Origin: a virus
Taxonomy: Duplodnaviria; Caudoviricetes
IMG/VR virus record: IMGVR_UViG_3300026549_000039
Location: 64,001-128,000 of that record
Length of the DNA stretch: 64,000 nucleotides
Reading direction: 5' to 3' (one strand)
In this document: piece after piece, positions 53,355-64,000 of the stretch
How the letters are laid out: the number at the start of each line of letters is the position of its first letter
How positions within the stretch are numbered: the first letter of the stretch is position 1
Notes under the pieces: generated by a model
What the model was told of the DNA's origin: nothing
The model's database searches: none
The model's input: only the letters and a program-made list of their open reading frames with translations
Made by a program: the position numbers and the translations under genes

Positions 53355-56300
53355 TCATACACGAGCCCCGATAACTTTAGAGGCTTCACGTGTCCAAGCT
53401 GTAAACAGCTCAGTAACTACTCTTTCAAGTTCTCTCCTGTGTGACGCCATAGCTAAGGCGGCATCGGTGGTAATGTTAAAAGTGCTATTGAACTTAACAA
53501 TTTTAACGGATTCGCTACTAACCGGAGGGGAAAATTCGTAATATGGAGTAGCCGTGCTTGGATCCTGGTAACTCCAAGTAAAGCCTTGAGCGTTAATAGC
53601 ATCACGCTGTTGCTTGAGCTGTTCTTCCTCCATCTCATTCACCCAATCACTGAACAAACCACCAATCAGGAAGCCTATGACATTACCAATCAAACCGGAG
53701 ATCATTGGAGCCAAAATACCGCCAAGAGACTGACCAAGAATGCTGCCTACCCCGTCCATAGTATCATTGAAGAACGAAGTAATAGCCTGTGTCATCTGAT
53801 CAGCAATCAGCCTCTGGATACCCTGGCTTACGCTCTTAGCTACAGTCATCTTCATATTCTTCAGAAGAGCCTTGTAACCTTCCTCAGTGAAGCCATGCTC
53901 GATACCGATGTTGAAGCCTTCCTCCCAGCCAGACGTGAGCGCTGATTTAATCTCGTCCATCATCATCTGCCTGGACTTGTCTAGGGCTTCCAGCTCCTTC
54001 TTGAAGTACTCAGCGTACTTATCACCATAGGATCGAATCATTTCCTGAAGTTCCGCTGAATTGATTTCAGATTCGGAGAAACCAGCATCACGGAACATCT
54101 GTGTGATTTCTTCAATCTTCTGGTCAATAGTCTCCTTAGCCTTTTCAAGAAGTTCTTTACGGTCCCTAAACGAAGTACCAAACGTCTTACCAAGAATGGG
54201 GTCGTGGATCTTCTGACCAGGAAGGATACGGTCCATATTGAAGTTATCCAAGGCTTCCTTGATTTCCTTATCAGCGCTGGCTAAGACAGATTTAAATCCA
54301 TCTATAGACTGAGCCTTCAGCTGGTCTAACGCTGTTTTCTTACCAGCGTCAGACAATTCAGTGTTTGACTCAATAGCCCTGCGCTGTTCAGCAATCTTGG
54401 CTGTGAACGACTCCATATTCTGCTGAATCTTCTGTGTACCAGACTCCAAAGCACCAGCGATGTTATTAAGGCCGTACTCAAGGTGCTTATGGGCTGCTGT
54501 GAAGTACTGAGGATTGGACTGTCTAAACTGCCTGTCGTATTCCTCCAACGGATTACTCTTGTTCTGAAGATCAATCTGCTTTTTCAAGTCAGATGTGATA
54601 TTCTTCACAATCTGTTCCTGGCGAGACAGGAGCTTATTCTCCCAAGCAATCTGTTCTGCCCGCTCCTTTATAGGATCACCCTTGGCCTCGGACATCTTCA
54701 TGTCGTGAATCTCTTTCTCTTTGGCATATATCTGGTCGAGCAGTTCATTTCTACGTTCTGCACCAAAGAGATCAACATTCATGTCAGCCCTCTTCTTAAG
54801 GAGGTCAATCTCGTGCTCGACTTCCTGCTTCTTAGCAGCATTTAGCTTAAGCTGGATTTCCCACTCAAGTTTAACCCTCTGAAGAGCAGCCTTTTCGATA
54901 TCCTTCTTAACCTTAGCAATATCCTTTGGATCCTTCAGCTTACTGAGAACCTTAGCCAACTCCTGCTCATAGTGCTTGATCTCTTCGATCTGAGCCCTCA
55001 TGTAGTCCACAGTACCTGTACGATCAAGATACTCTATGATATTGCCTTCGCTGTCCTTAATAGTCCTGAAGGCAATTTCAAGAGCTGACATACGTTCTGC
55101 GTGCTCGCTGGCAAGCTGCTGAAGAAGGTCTTTTTCTGCCTTGTTAGCTCCGCCACCGCCGCCTCTACGCTTTCGTCCACCGCCACCTTTAGGTTTCGAC
55201 CATCGTTCCCAGTCTCTCCTTTGAGCCTGATTACCCCTATTTGCATTTTTAAGGGCATTAGCTGCCCTCTTTGACTCTTTCTCGATAATCTGCCCGGCTT
55301 CAGTACCAGCAGCTGTAGCCACTGCGACCTCCTTTGCTACAGCGGCAGCACCAGACTCAATACCCTTAATCATATTCTCCCTTAGCGTCTTGATGATAGC
55401 ATTAACAGCCTTGCGCCCTGTTTCATCCAACATACGTATCATGCTGTTCAAGACATCACACAAGATGTTAATGGACTTGAGAGCAGCTTGCTTGGCCCTA
55501 GCTTGCTTCTCGGCATCATCGCCAGCTTCAGTCATAGCTTTCTGGTACTCTTGGGCTATCTTATCAATCTCGTCCCAGATACCGGTAAGGCGTCGCTGGT
55601 TTTCCTCTTGCATCTGTATGGCTTCCTCACGTGATACACCAAACTCAGCCATAATCTCGTCAATGGTTGCCCAGTGGTCGCCCATGTTCATAATGAGAGC
55701 TAACGATTCTTGGTCTAGCTGGATCAAATTAGCAATAGTTTGAGCAAAATAGGTATTAACAAGCTCATCCATCATATCATGTAGGATATCGAGCTGTTCC
55801 TGAGCCCTAGTAGCTTCTTCCTCGTAGGCAGCTATTATTTTTTCATGTGCCTCCTTTGCAGCCTCCTTGTTATCATCAGCTTTGGCGTCATTATACTCGA
55901 CTTGAAGATCGGCTATCCGCTCCTCGTTCTCGGCATTATCGCGCTTCATCGTTTCAAGCCTAGACTCCAAGGACTTGATTCTACTCTCAGTAACATCTGT
56001 GGCCTTAACGGTAGTCATGGCCTCAACCTGAGCCTGAGAATCTTTAAGGTTCTCTTGCTTCTCAGCGAGTTCTTTTGTACTCTTAGCCAACTGCTCCGTA
56101 GCAGTAACAGTACGTGTATTTGCATCAGCACGCACAGCCGCCTGATTCAACAGCTCTGCTGCCTCCGCTGCTCTACTCGCATTAGACTTAGACAACTCCG
56201 ATATTGCGGCAAGCCAGGCATCGGTAAGCTGTTTATACGTAGCATTCTCGATAGAAATACCATTAAGGTACTTAGACACTTCAGCAGCTATCACTGAGTT

Positions 56301-59300
56301 ATTGCTGAGAGTGTCCTTCATTTCCCTAATCATACCCATCTGGTCTGCTCCGAAGCCAAACGGGCTCTTTAACGTGTTCCATAAGGACGAGCGATCCTCG
56401 CCCTCAGCTTGGAACGCATTCCTTACTTCATTTATCTGATTATTTGCAATCAGATTTTGCGACCTAGTAATTTGCTTCTCGATGTCCTTGATGCGGGCCG
56501 CAGCCTCTTCGCTGTTTATCAGGTGACGCTCTAGGTTAGTCTGGAACTGCTTGATCATCTCCTGGAAATTGATATTCATAGCCTTAAAGATGGTCTCCAG
56601 CATACTGTAAACTTGAGCCCTCTTATCAATGTCCACTTCGAGATAATCCATAAGCCACGTCGGATAGTCTTGAACAGGATTAGATTTTATCCAATCTAAC
56701 CCATTCTGATTTGCCTTAAGCGTGTACTCATCAAGGTAAGCTGCATACTGGTCTGCGGCTCTGTCGATAGCCTTGCGTGCCTCGGCTTGGTCCTTGCTAC
56801 TAAACTTCGGAGAAAACTTAATAGCAATGTCAACCATAGCCTTCAAACCGGAAACGCTACTCAAACTCCTATAGGCAGAGTTAATATTTTGACCCAGCAC
56901 GAACTCAAGGCTTTCCTGGTCCTTCTGATAAGCCTCCTGAGTCTTGCGAAGTTCCTCTAAGGAACGTCTGGCATCATCCATACTAGCAGCAAGTTCTTTA
57001 GCTTTCATAGCAGCTTTGGTGGAACCTTCAGTCCAGCTCTTCCACCAACCTGTAGCTAGATTCCAAGCTGTGGTAACTATACCAATAATAGCTAAGACGT
57101 TTCCTAAAAATGTCACAACAGTCAGTACTGCCGACGTAACCCCCAGCAGTGCAGCTTTAGCTACTGTACCAAAAGTTGCAGCCGCACCCGTCAATGCGTG
57201 CCAAGACTGACGTGCAGTGTTCAAAGCCGTAACCTGTTCCGTAGTCATCCTGCCTACAACAGGCTTGACACCATTAAGAACGTTTATGTAGTTCTTAGTA
57301 CTTGTAATAGCTTCCTGAATCCTAGCACCCTGTAAACGGAACTGTTCAGCTAATCTAGGATCCAAGTTTATACGTTTAAGATTCCTCTCTACAACACTTG
57401 CTTCAGTATTCAGCCTCGCAAGAGCTTTGTTGGCTGCTTGCAGTTCGTCATGCAGACCACCATTCTTCCACCATCCAGCATTCATATTGTATTGTGGGCT
57501 CAAAGCAATGGCTTGGGTCTGCGTCTGCTTTGCAGCCTGGGCTGCCATCGACGCTGTTACTCCCTCAATATACTTAGCTTCGGATGCAAATAGCTGGTTC
57601 ACGTTAAGTAAACTTTGTGCCAACCGCTCATTAGCTACACTCATAGCGTTGGTTTGGGTAGCTAAAGCCGAAAGCGGATCCCCCCATGTATGAAGATTGG
57701 ATATTCCACTAAGAATCCCATTGGGAGATGTTCTGATTACATTAACTCTGGACATAAGGTTGGTAAGCGACATAGCAATACGGCTGAATGCAGATGTGCC
57801 AGCCTGTGCAATGTCCCAAAACATCTTTATCAGACGGGATCCGAGGTAAAAATCTATAAGCCTACCAAGATTCCTAACCCCGCGTTCCATATCTCCAAAG
57901 CCAATAGTTGTAAGCAGCGTACCTAAAGTAGACTTTAGAGTAGATGCCAGTACCCGGACTGTATCAATCGTCTTCTCAATACCAGCAGAAAACACTTTGG
58001 TAACATCAGCTGTTAAGAACTCAGACTCAAATACAGCCTTGAGCCTAGCTTTCTGCATAACCAGCGTGTTAGACATGGTTTCGAGAGCACGCTCACGCTC
58101 GGCACGCAGGTCCTCGGTTTCTGCGCGTGCCATCCTTGCAAACCTATCATATGGGGCCTCTAGCTTCTCTACAGTCTGAAGAACCGAAGCGTTGATATCT
58201 TCAAACAGGCTAGAATACTCCTTAATTATGGAGTTGGCCTGAGACCTGCTTATCTTGAAATCAAACCATTCACGGACCTGCGTAGGCATATCAGGCATCG
58301 TCAGCTTGTTTTTGAGTTTGAACTGATCCTGCATACTAGCGGTCAGCTTCTCTAACCCAGCACGTATTTTCTGTTGTACTTCATCAGCTGGTATGTCTAC
58401 AGCTGTGGTTTCTGTACGTAATCTTATACCTGCTTTGATTGGATGCTTGTCCAATTTGGACTGCATAGATGCCTGGAATTTGGCTAGTATATCCGCAGCT
58501 TCTGAGGCAGTTACCTCTGCTTTGCTCTGTTTATCCAAGCGGGATAAACCAGCAAACATGGTAGACTGCATTCTGGTACCAGCAAAGGTCTGGCCAAACC
58601 TGCGTATCAACGCTGTGTTCCCAGAACTCATTACCTTGCGGTACGCCTCAAGAAGCTGCTCGAAAGCTGATGTAGCTCTGTAAGTACCATTCTCAAGAAC
58701 CGTCATACTAATACCAAGCTCGCCGAGCATCTCTTGAGCCTTCTTAGTATTCTGAACCCTGGAAATTATGGTATTTAGAGCGGTACCAGCACGAGCTCCC
58801 CCAATCCCTATTTCAGTAAAAGCTGTAGCAGTCTGGACCATCTCATCCAGAGACATGTTTGCAACCTTGCCAGCCGCAGCGAATCTGTTAAGGGCAGTGC
58901 TAATCTGGTCAAAACTGGTAGCTGCCCTAATATCATATTCAGCAATCAGCTTGAGGCCATCTACAGCCTTTTCCACGCTTATATCCATCTGGTTCATAAG
59001 AGTGGTAGCAGACTTCATGGCACCCTGCATGTCCATAAATGAACCTGTAGACGTAGCCAGCATAAGGCGTAGCTCTGCCAAGCTCTGGGTCAGATATCGT
59101 ATCTCATTCTGACTCCTACCCTGCCTAGCAAACTCAACCATGACACCGGCAACATCTTCGATGGATGCTCCATACCTATATGCTAGAGCTATGGAATCAT
59201 CCATCATCTGGTTGGTAGCCTTACCAATGTATGTCTGGCCTACAGACGCACCCATAATACGACCATAAGAGGCTTGGATAGCATCCATACGCTCTACAAC

Positions 59301-59846
59301 ACCAGTGATTTGGCGTATATAGCGTAGTAAGGTATAAAGCCCAGCTGCGGTTGTTGTAAACTGTCGATCTAGGGATGTAAGAAAACCAGACTGGGCTGAC
59401 TGATATGTACCCATACCGGCTACCAGGTCTCTAAGACCAGAGCGCAATGTTACCGTACCAGCATTAGCCTCAGTAAATACTCTACTGGCTCCTGTACCAG
59501 TTTGCATCAAAGACGCAACAAGAGACTGTGCGCTGCGGTCTGCTTCACTAAAAGCACTCACAGCTTGTGTGCCAACTTTAGACAGCCTGGTGTTTAGTTC
59601 ATCCACTTGTCGGCTAACATTATTCAATGTGGTTCCCAAGTGGCTAATAGAGCTGTTAATACTATTCAATGTACCTTGCTGCGTACTGGCTATATGTTTA
59701 GCCATTTTGTCAGCTGTCGCGGATATCTTTTCAATACCGGCTACAAGTTTATCTGTAGACTTAGATATCTTATCTAAGGTTCCAGACATCTCATCCTTGC
59801 CACGTACTGCAAGTTCAGCTTCAATACGAGCCACGTTTTCCGCCAT
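53355..59846 (-). CDS. Tail tape measure protein
   Basis: 2163 aa, helical; FARQG, GARAGTALNTIISR TP901-like core; follows the tail chaperones. Confidence 0.9.
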   Translation of the reverse strand: MAENVARIEAELAVRGKDEMSGTLDKISKSTDKLVAGIEKISATADKMAKHIASTQQGTLNSINSSISHLGTTLNNVSRQVDELNTRLSKVGTQAVSAFSEADRSAQSLVASLMQTGTGASRVFTEANAGTVTLRSGLRDLVAGMGTYQSAQSGFLTSLDRQFTTTAAGLYTLLRYIRQITGVVERMDAIQASYGRIMGASVGQTYIGKATNQMMDDSIALAYRYGASIEDVAGVMVEFARQGRSQNEIRYLTQSLAELRLMLATSTGSFMDMQGAMKSATTLMNQMDISVEKAVDGLKLIAEYDIRAATSFDQISTALNRFAAAGKVANMSLDEMVQTATAFTEIGIGGARAGTALNTIISRVQNTKKAQEMLGELGISMTVLENGTYRATSAFEQLLEAYRKVMSSGNTALIRRFGQTFAGTRMQSTMFAGLSRLDKQSKAEVTASEAADILAKFQASMQSKLDKHPIKAGIRLRTETTAVDIPADEVQQKIRAGLEKLTASMQDQFKLKNKLTMPDMPTQVREWFDFKISRSQANSIIKEYSSLFEDINASVLQTVEKLEAPYDRFARMARAETEDLRAERERALETMSNTLVMQKARLKAVFESEFLTADVTKVFSAGIEKTIDTVRVLASTLKSTLGTLLTTIGFGDMERGVRNLGRLIDFYLGSRLIKMFWDIAQAGTSAFSRIAMSLTNLMSRVNVIRTSPNGILSGISNLHTWGDPLSALATQTNAMSVANERLAQSLLNVNQLFASEAKYIEGVTASMAAQAAKQTQTQAIALSPQYNMNAGWWKNGGLHDELQAANKALARLNTEASVVERNLKRINLDPRLAEQFRLQGARIQEAITSTKNYINVLNGVKPVVGRMTTEQVTALNTARQSWHALTGAAATFGTVAKAALLGVTSAVLTVVTFLGNVLAIIGIVTTAWNLATGWWKSWTEGSTKAAMKAKELAASMDDARRSLEELRKTQEAYQKDQESLEFVLGQNINSAYRSLSSVSGLKAMVDIAIKFSPKFSSKDQAEARKAIDRAADQYAAYLDEYTLKANQNGLDWIKSNPVQDYPTWLMDYLEVDIDKRAQVYSMLETIFKAMNINFQEMIKQFQTNLERHLINSEEAAARIKDIEKQITRSQNLIANNQINEVRNAFQAEGEDRSSLWNTLKSPFGFGADQMGMIREMKDTLSNNSVIAAEVSKYLNGISIENATYKQLTDAWLAAISELSKSNASRAAEAAELLNQAAVRADANTRTVTATEQLAKSTKELAEKQENLKDSQAQVEAMTTVKATDVTESRIKSLESRLETMKRDNAENEERIADLQVEYNDAKADDNKEAAKEAHEKIIAAYEEEATRAQEQLDILHDMMDELVNTYFAQTIANLIQLDQESLALIMNMGDHWATIDEIMAEFGVSREEAIQMQEENQRRLTGIWDEIDKIAQEYQKAMTEAGDDAEKQARAKQAALKSINILCDVLNSMIRMLDETGRKAVNAIIKTLRENMIKGIESGAAAVAKEVAVATAAGTEAGQIIEKESKRAANALKNANRGNQAQRRDWERWSKPKGGGGRKRRGGGGGANKAEKDLLQQLASEHAERMSALEIAFRTIKDSEGNIIEYLDRTGTVDYMRAQIEEIKHYEQELAKVLSKLKDPKDIAKVKKDIEKAALQRVKLEWEIQLKLNAAKKQEVEHEIDLLKKRADMNVDLFGAERRNELLDQIYAKEKEIHDMKMSEAKGDPIKERAEQIAWENKLLSRQEQIVKNITSDLKKQIDLQNKSNPLEEYDRQFRQSNPQYFTAAHKHLEYGLNNIAGALESGTQKIQQNMESFTAKIAEQRRAIESNTELSDAGKKTALDQLKAQSIDGFKSVLASADKEIKEALDNFNMDRILPGQKIHDPILGKTFGTSFRDRKELLEKAKETIDQKIEEITQMFRDAGFSESEINSAELQEMIRSYGDKYAEYFKKELEALDKSRQMMMDEIKSALTSGWEEGFNIGIEHGFTEEGYKALLKNMKMTVAKSVSQGIQRLIADQMTQAITSFFNDTMDGVGSILGQSLGGILAPMISGLIGNVIGFLIGGLFSDWVNEMEEEQLKQQRDAINAQGFTWSYQDPSTATPYYEFSPPVSSESVKIVKFNSTFNITTDAALAMASHRRELERVVTELFTAWTREASKVIGARV

Positions 59847-59859
59847 AATCTATACCCCC

Positions 59860-60348
59860 TCAGCCAACGGGTTTGGGCTTTGTTGGATCGCTGGCCTGTT
59901 GTAGTAGCTTTGCCCGAGACTTCGCATAAGCGGCAAATGCCTCTTCATTCGTCTCATCATCATTGTACAGGGTTTGTGTTTTCCCTCTTGGCTTACCAGA
60001 CTTACTTGCAACTTGGCGCAGCCGCTTAGTCTTGTTTTGCCAGTCTTCATACCATTTTAACAGCTTACCTGGGTAGGGCATGACCTTTTCTGGAATTTCT
60101 GTTTTAGTGTTACCCTCTTCGTAACTGTCATGAATCATGATGCCATTTCGGACTACATCATAGAGCTGGCTAAGGCTAATCAGCTTTAGCTGGTCACTGG
60201 TCAGATCCGATATACTATCTTCACCAAAAACACTACGGTGACCAAATTCACGGTAGACCAGATACTCGCGTATCCACCTTGCATCATTGAGGACAACCTG
60301 CACAAGTATCTGGTCCAACACAGCTTCCTTAGCCCACTCTATTACCAT
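59860..60348 (-). CDS. Tail assembly chaperone, frameshift-extension (gpT-like) part
   Basis: In the -1 frame of the upstream chaperone and open from the slippery site. Confidence 0.7.
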   Translation of the reverse strand: MVIEWAKEAVLDQILVQVVLNDARWIREYLVYREFGHRSVFGEDSISDLTSDQLKLISLSQLYDVVRNGIMIHDSYEEGNTKTEIPEKVMPYPGKLLKWYEDWQNKTKRLRQVASKSGKPRGKTQTLYNDDETNEEAFAAYAKSRAKLLQQASDPTKPKPVG

Positions 60349-60353
60349 CCAGG

Positions 60354-61106
60354 CTACGAAGAGGGGGATTCTTTTGGGGACAGGTCCTCTTGTGTCGGGA
60401 CAACGACTTCAAAAAGAAGCGGAAATCCGTTCCTGTACCGTGCAAACTCTTCGCGCATCCTAAGCAGGAAGGTGAGGTCGGTCTCGTTTGACAGGGAGTC
60501 TGGGTCAGGCCATACGAGTTTACCATCCTTATCATATGCAATCTGCGCCATAAGAAACATCTGGGTCTCTGCATCGGCAATAGCCTCAGCACAGTTAGAC
60601 ATAATCTGCGCCTCCATGGCCTCATTGTCAGCCATAGTATGAAGAAGTGCGAGCTCATCCTTGTCTAGCGTGCGAAGGTTCCTGTCCAAAGCCTTCATCA
60701 GCTCTGGAAGACTCTCCAAGATTTTATCAGCCTGCTCCTCATCCATCTCCTTAGACAGATGCTCGGCCAATTTTGCTTGGATATCATCCTTCCTTTTCTC
60801 ATACTCCTCAACATTGACGCCGGTGTTCTTAAGCCTAAGAAGAAACTCCTGCCTGGCTTCGGCCCTTGTAGGGATGCCATTCTTGAGAAGGTTGGAATAC
60901 AGAGCCGAATAGAATATGCGTGCATCAAGGTCATTCTGTTTGGTGGGCTTCTTGAGGATAACAATCTTGTAGTCACCCTCGTCACCTTTAACGCTGAGAA
61001 TGCGGTCTCCTGTACGCAATTCTCTAATAAACTCAGTCATCTGCTCCTGGCTAAGAATCTGCCGCTTCAATCCGCCATCCACCATAATTAAAATATCCCC
61101 TTTCAA
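60354..61106 (-). CDS. Tail assembly chaperone (gpG-like)
   Basis: Between tail tube and tape measure; C CCA AAA slippery site near its end. Confidence 0.72.
   Translation of the reverse strand: MKGDILIMVDGGLKRQILSQEQMTEFIRELRTGDRILSVKGDEGDYKIVILKKPTKQNDLDARIFYSALYSNLLKNGIPTRAEARQEFLLRLKNTGVNVEEYEKRKDDIQAKLAEHLSKEMDEEQADKILESLPELMKALDRNLRTLDKDELALLHTMADNEAMEAQIMSNCAEAIADAETQMFLMAQIAYDKDGKLVWPDPDSLSNETDLTFLLRMREEFARYRNGFPLLFEVVVPTQEDLSPKESPSS
60372..60378 (-). other. Programmed -1 frameshift slippery site C CCA AAA
   Basis: -1 shift gives ...PKRIPLFVAWMVIEWAKE, in frame with ORF 59860..60348. Confidence 0.75.
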
Positions 61107-61116
61107 GATACAAATT

Positions 61117-61149
61117 GAGGGAGAGCTGCTAGGTTATCAGCTCTCCCTC
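61117..61149 (-). terminator. Hairpin downstream of tail tube gene
   Basis: GAGGGAGAGCTG-loop-CAGCTCTCCCTC. Confidence 0.55.
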
Positions 61150-61222
61150 CTATTCTACACTACTCCTACCATCTAACCAAGACAGCTACGCCGCCCAGCT
61201 ATGCTGGTATGGAAGATTCAGG

Positions 61223-62518
61223 TTAGGAGATCGTAATCGTAAACTCCTTGGAGTGCATGGGCGTTGTGACACCATACTCATCCTGAAGGGCGGTGCCGTT
61301 GTAGTTGATGGTACCAAGGTATGTACCAGTGGTCGTCGGCGCTCCAGACACGTTCAGGTCGATAACGTTCTTGGTAATAACAAGGTCGGTACCAACCGTA
61401 ACATTGGCATCAATGGTATCAGGAGGACCAGACATCACCTGCACACCAGACGTATCAACAATGGTTACCGTGAAGTCATTACAGGCCGAGGTATCATTCA
61501 AGTAACCATAGCTGGGATCCGACGCACTAGAACCACTCTCAAACAGCTTGGACGCCAAATCGTGGGAGAACACGACACGGAGTTTACCATTGGCCCATGT
61601 GGTCATACCCGCCTCAATAGGCAGCAGCACCGTAGACATAACGGGTGCAGCCGTGACACCGGTCTGGGAGATCGGAGCATTACCATCAGCCAGCCACATT
61701 ACCTTTACAATATGATCCCCACCAGACGGCAGAGGATCCCTCAGATGGACAACAGATACAGGGTTAGAGTAGGTAGTACCACTCGACCCAACAGTCGGAA
61801 CAGCCGTGGTGATAACAGCGGCCTGATCCGGGTCGTCCAGAACGACGCCATCCACCCAAACCCTGAGCAGATACTGGAACGGGCACAGCTCATGCCTTCC
61901 GCGACCGGTAATCCTAAGTCCATCAGCAGCATCCCTCTTAGCCTCCTGTACAACAGGATCAACCAGCGCCGGATACTGGAGGGTAAACTCGGTATCGCCA
62001 TCCTTAGCCTGGTCTCCAATAAAGGTCTGGCATACAATCTGGTGGCCTTCAAAGTCGATCTTACGAATAGCCGTGTAGGCAATATCTTTGGTCTGGATCT
62101 CATCAAGGTTGTCGGTCTCACTCACCGAAGGAGTAAAATCAACAAACCAAGAAGAGCGCATGACCCGAGTCCTGGCTTTATCCCAAATGTTGCAGAAGAC
62201 ATCAACATGCTCCAAGCGGCTAGGATCGAAGATGAAGCTGGCACTCGGAGAGACACCAGTCATAGCGCGGAGCACATAGGAAGCATTGTTGAACTCCTTG
62301 AGGTTGACAGTACCAGAGCTGTTCTGGTAGTCTCTGGTAATCAAAACATCGCTCTTATAGCCAAACTGACCATGAGAGACCTCATCTGCATTAGAAGAAA
62401 CATCAATACTCTGTACGCCCTCAAAGAACACAGGCTCGTATTTCCTAGGCACAACCATGTAAACTGCCTGGCGTCCGGGGTAAGAGTTATACTCAGTGTA
62501 AAGCTCACTGATAGCCAT
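61223..62518 (-). CDS. Major tail (tube) protein with C-terminal beta-rich extension
   Basis: Position before chaperones/TMP; EGVQSIDVS; C-ending codon bias suggesting high expression. Confidence 0.7.
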   Translation of the reverse strand: MAISELYTEYNSYPGRQAVYMVVPRKYEPVFFEGVQSIDVSSNADEVSHGQFGYKSDVLITRDYQNSSGTVNLKEFNNASYVLRAMTGVSPSASFIFDPSRLEHVDVFCNIWDKARTRVMRSSWFVDFTPSVSETDNLDEIQTKDIAYTAIRKIDFEGHQIVCQTFIGDQAKDGDTEFTLQYPALVDPVVQEAKRDAADGLRITGRGRHELCPFQYLLRVWVDGVVLDDPDQAAVITTAVPTVGSSGTTYSNPVSVVHLRDPLPSGGDHIVKVMWLADGNAPISQTGVTAAPVMSTVLLPIEAGMTTWANGKLRVVFSHDLASKLFESGSSASDPSYGYLNDTSACNDFTVTIVDTSGVQVMSGPPDTIDANVTVGTDLVITKNVIDLNVSGAPTTTGTYLGTINYNGTALQDEYGVTTPMHSKEFTITIS

Positions 62519-62548
62519 ACCAAATCACCTCGTCTTGTGTTTTCTGGC

Positions 62549-63028
62549 CTACGTTACCTCGCGCAGCCAGAGATAATATATCCTTGCAAACAACCCATCT
62601 GGTACTACAGCAAAGCCACCAGATTGAGTATTCCATAGAACCCAGTTTGTGGCTGTACCATGGATCAGGCCGGGATTTGTCAGCAGGAAGTCAAATAACC
62701 TTGATCCCATCTCCTCCCGTAGAGTTGGGTCTGCTGTTATCAATGTGACTCCTATCCTTGTAGTAGCATCGACCTTATGAGTACCAAACCAGGCCCGCTG
62801 TATAGAAATGATACCATAATCTGCAACCGAAAGGATAGCCCTAAGCCCCTTAGAGTAATCTTTCAATTCATCCAAGTAGCTTGTGGTAGGCCTGTCCCCT
62901 ACATACCTTATCGGGTCTACACCGGCGACCAAACCAGAGGCCTGCTTAACAAAACCCCACATTTTGGTCTCATACCGTTTGAATATATCTATCAACTCAG
63001 GTACATGATTGTGCATCATAGCAGCCAC
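62549..63028 (-). CDS. Putative tail terminator/completion protein
   Basis: Synteny only. Confidence 0.45.
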   Translation of the reverse strand: MAAMMHNHVPELIDIFKRYETKMWGFVKQASGLVAGVDPIRYVGDRPTTSYLDELKDYSKGLRAILSVADYGIISIQRAWFGTHKVDATTRIGVTLITADPTLREEMGSRLFDFLLTNPGLIHGTATNWVLWNTQSGGFAVVPDGLFARIYYLWLREVT

Positions 63029-63044
63029 CTCCTAGCTGTCTAAG

Positions 63045-63731
63045 CTACCTTGCTGCGGCAGCAAGACGCGCTTGGGCTGCCATTTCAATCATCCTAAGAT
63101 TCTGCGCTCTAAGCTGATCAGTCTGAGCCCTGATGCCACTAATCTGAGCAGACGCATGGAACCATTCCCAAGCTGATCTAGCCTGGACTACTTCAATAAG
63201 TGCTTCTCGGACCAGCTTAATCATTTCAGATTCGTTCTGAAAGCGATCAAAATAGCGCTGACCATACCCTGCTACATTTTCACCCGTATTGTACAACCTG
63301 ACTCCTGCACCAGCCATCAGCGATGAATGCTCCTGACGTGTTGCTTCAGGATCCATACCTACCTGTATGACTGCGCGTACCGAACCAGCGTGACCTTTGC
63401 TACCGATAGGTCCTCGTATAGTATTGCCAGAAGACTGGTTCTCAATAGCGGATAACAATGATCCTGTAACAACGTGGATACGATCAGATGGTACACCATA
63501 GGGAACCATCTCAGCCTTCATTAGCTCTGCTGCATAGTCACCTAAAATGAATACAAACTGACCTAAAGCAGATTCAATCTTTTCGATAGTGCCTCTAACA
63601 TAGTAGGCGATGACCTTCTCCTTCAGAGCACTAATAGCCTTCCCAAACATATCGGCACCATGAAACTCAGCACGATATGTTTGAGCACCAAGTGCTAAAG
63701 TTAGCCTACAGCTCTTATGGTATTCTGGCAT
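63045..63731 (-). CDS. Putative neck/tail completion protein (HK97 gp10-like position)
   Basis: [10 protein letters not shown] motif and synteny. Confidence 0.45.
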   Translation of the reverse strand: MPEYHKSCRLTLALGAQTYRAEFHGADMFGKAISALKEKVIAYYVRGTIEKIESALGQFVFILGDYAAELMKAEMVPYGVPSDRIHVVTGSLLSAIENQSSGNTIRGPIGSKGHAGSVRAVIQVGMDPEATRQEHSSLMAGAGVRLYNTGENVAGYGQRYFDRFQNESEMIKLVREALIEVVQARSAWEWFHASAQISGIRAQTDQLRAQNLRMIEMAAQARLAAAAR

Positions 63732-64000
63732 CCTTGTTCACCTGCGTCATACCATAAATGGCTACAGCTAGAGTATCACCATCTCCACCTATGTAGTAGG
63801 GCATCTCAACCTGAACCATAAAAGTCAGACCTGCTGGATTAGTCCAGCGGTTGAATTTGGTTGCACTCTGAGTGATACCAAGCCAAGGCCAGGTAATATC
63901 TAACCCAGGTACTGTTTGAGTAGCTTCGCTACCTTTGTAAGCGAAGTTAGGAATCGCCAGGCCCCAAATTGTCTCAACCTCAAAGTAGCCTTCTGAACCA
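63715..64000 (-). CDS. 3' part of a putative head-closure/neck protein (truncated by window edge)
   Basis: Open frame [13 protein letters not shown]...VNKDARIP* read directly. Confidence 0.45.
   Translation of the reverse strand, partial: GSEGYFEVETIWGLAIPNFAYKGSEATQTVPGLDITWPWLGITQSATKFNRWTNPAGLTFMVQVEMPYYIGGDGDTLAVAIYGMTQVNKDARIP

Noticed and set aside
61253-62638. 461-aa plus-strand ORF
   Set aside because: Antisense shadow of the codon-biased tail tube gene with unnatural composition; likewise 16916-17647 and 25597-26475
1-64000. Stop-codon reassignment
   Set aside because: Long conserved genes are intact in the standard code, and TAA, TAG and TGA all end genes at sensible positions
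1-64000. tRNA genes, integrase, reverse transcriptase
   Set aside because: No cloverleaf, recombinase or RT motifs recognised by eye; absence needs confirming with tRNAscan-SE and HMM searches

Overview
A 64-kb segment of a large tailed dsDNA phage, read in the standard genetic code. It is probably a long-tailed siphovirus-type phage of an anaerobic bacterium (class III RNR plus ThyX), and no host-chromosome genes are evident. Layout: (1) 1-5.1 kb (+): receptor-binding module with two Mtd_N/DUF6273 (CLec-like) paralogues, the second ending in a DGR variable-repeat-like segment, plus XkdX-like and fibre-assembly genes. (2) 5.2-21 kb (-): Mre11/SbcD-like nuclease, UDG-fused family A DNA polymerase, SF4 helicase with a class 3-type intein, a six-copy 20-bp iteron array beside a putative Rep gene, and an AEP primase. 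(3) 21-42 kb (mostly +): Rad50/SbcC, lytic transglycosylase, NrdDG, HU, methyltransferase, UvsY-like, gp32-like SSB, RuvC-like resolvase, RecA, MazG-like and an M6 metalloprotease. (4) 42.5-64 kb (-): ThyX, large tail/adhesin proteins, vWA protein, tape measure, frameshifted tail chaperones, tail tube and neck genes. Main non-coding signals: a 17-bp palindromic operator (GTAAG-N7-CTTAC) at four promoters, one of which appears to transcribe a ~135-nt non-coding RNA with UCCC motifs; a plasmid-like iteron origin; and a DGR-type target with no reverse transcriptase or template repeat in the window. All family assignments come from motif recognition by eye; no searches were run.
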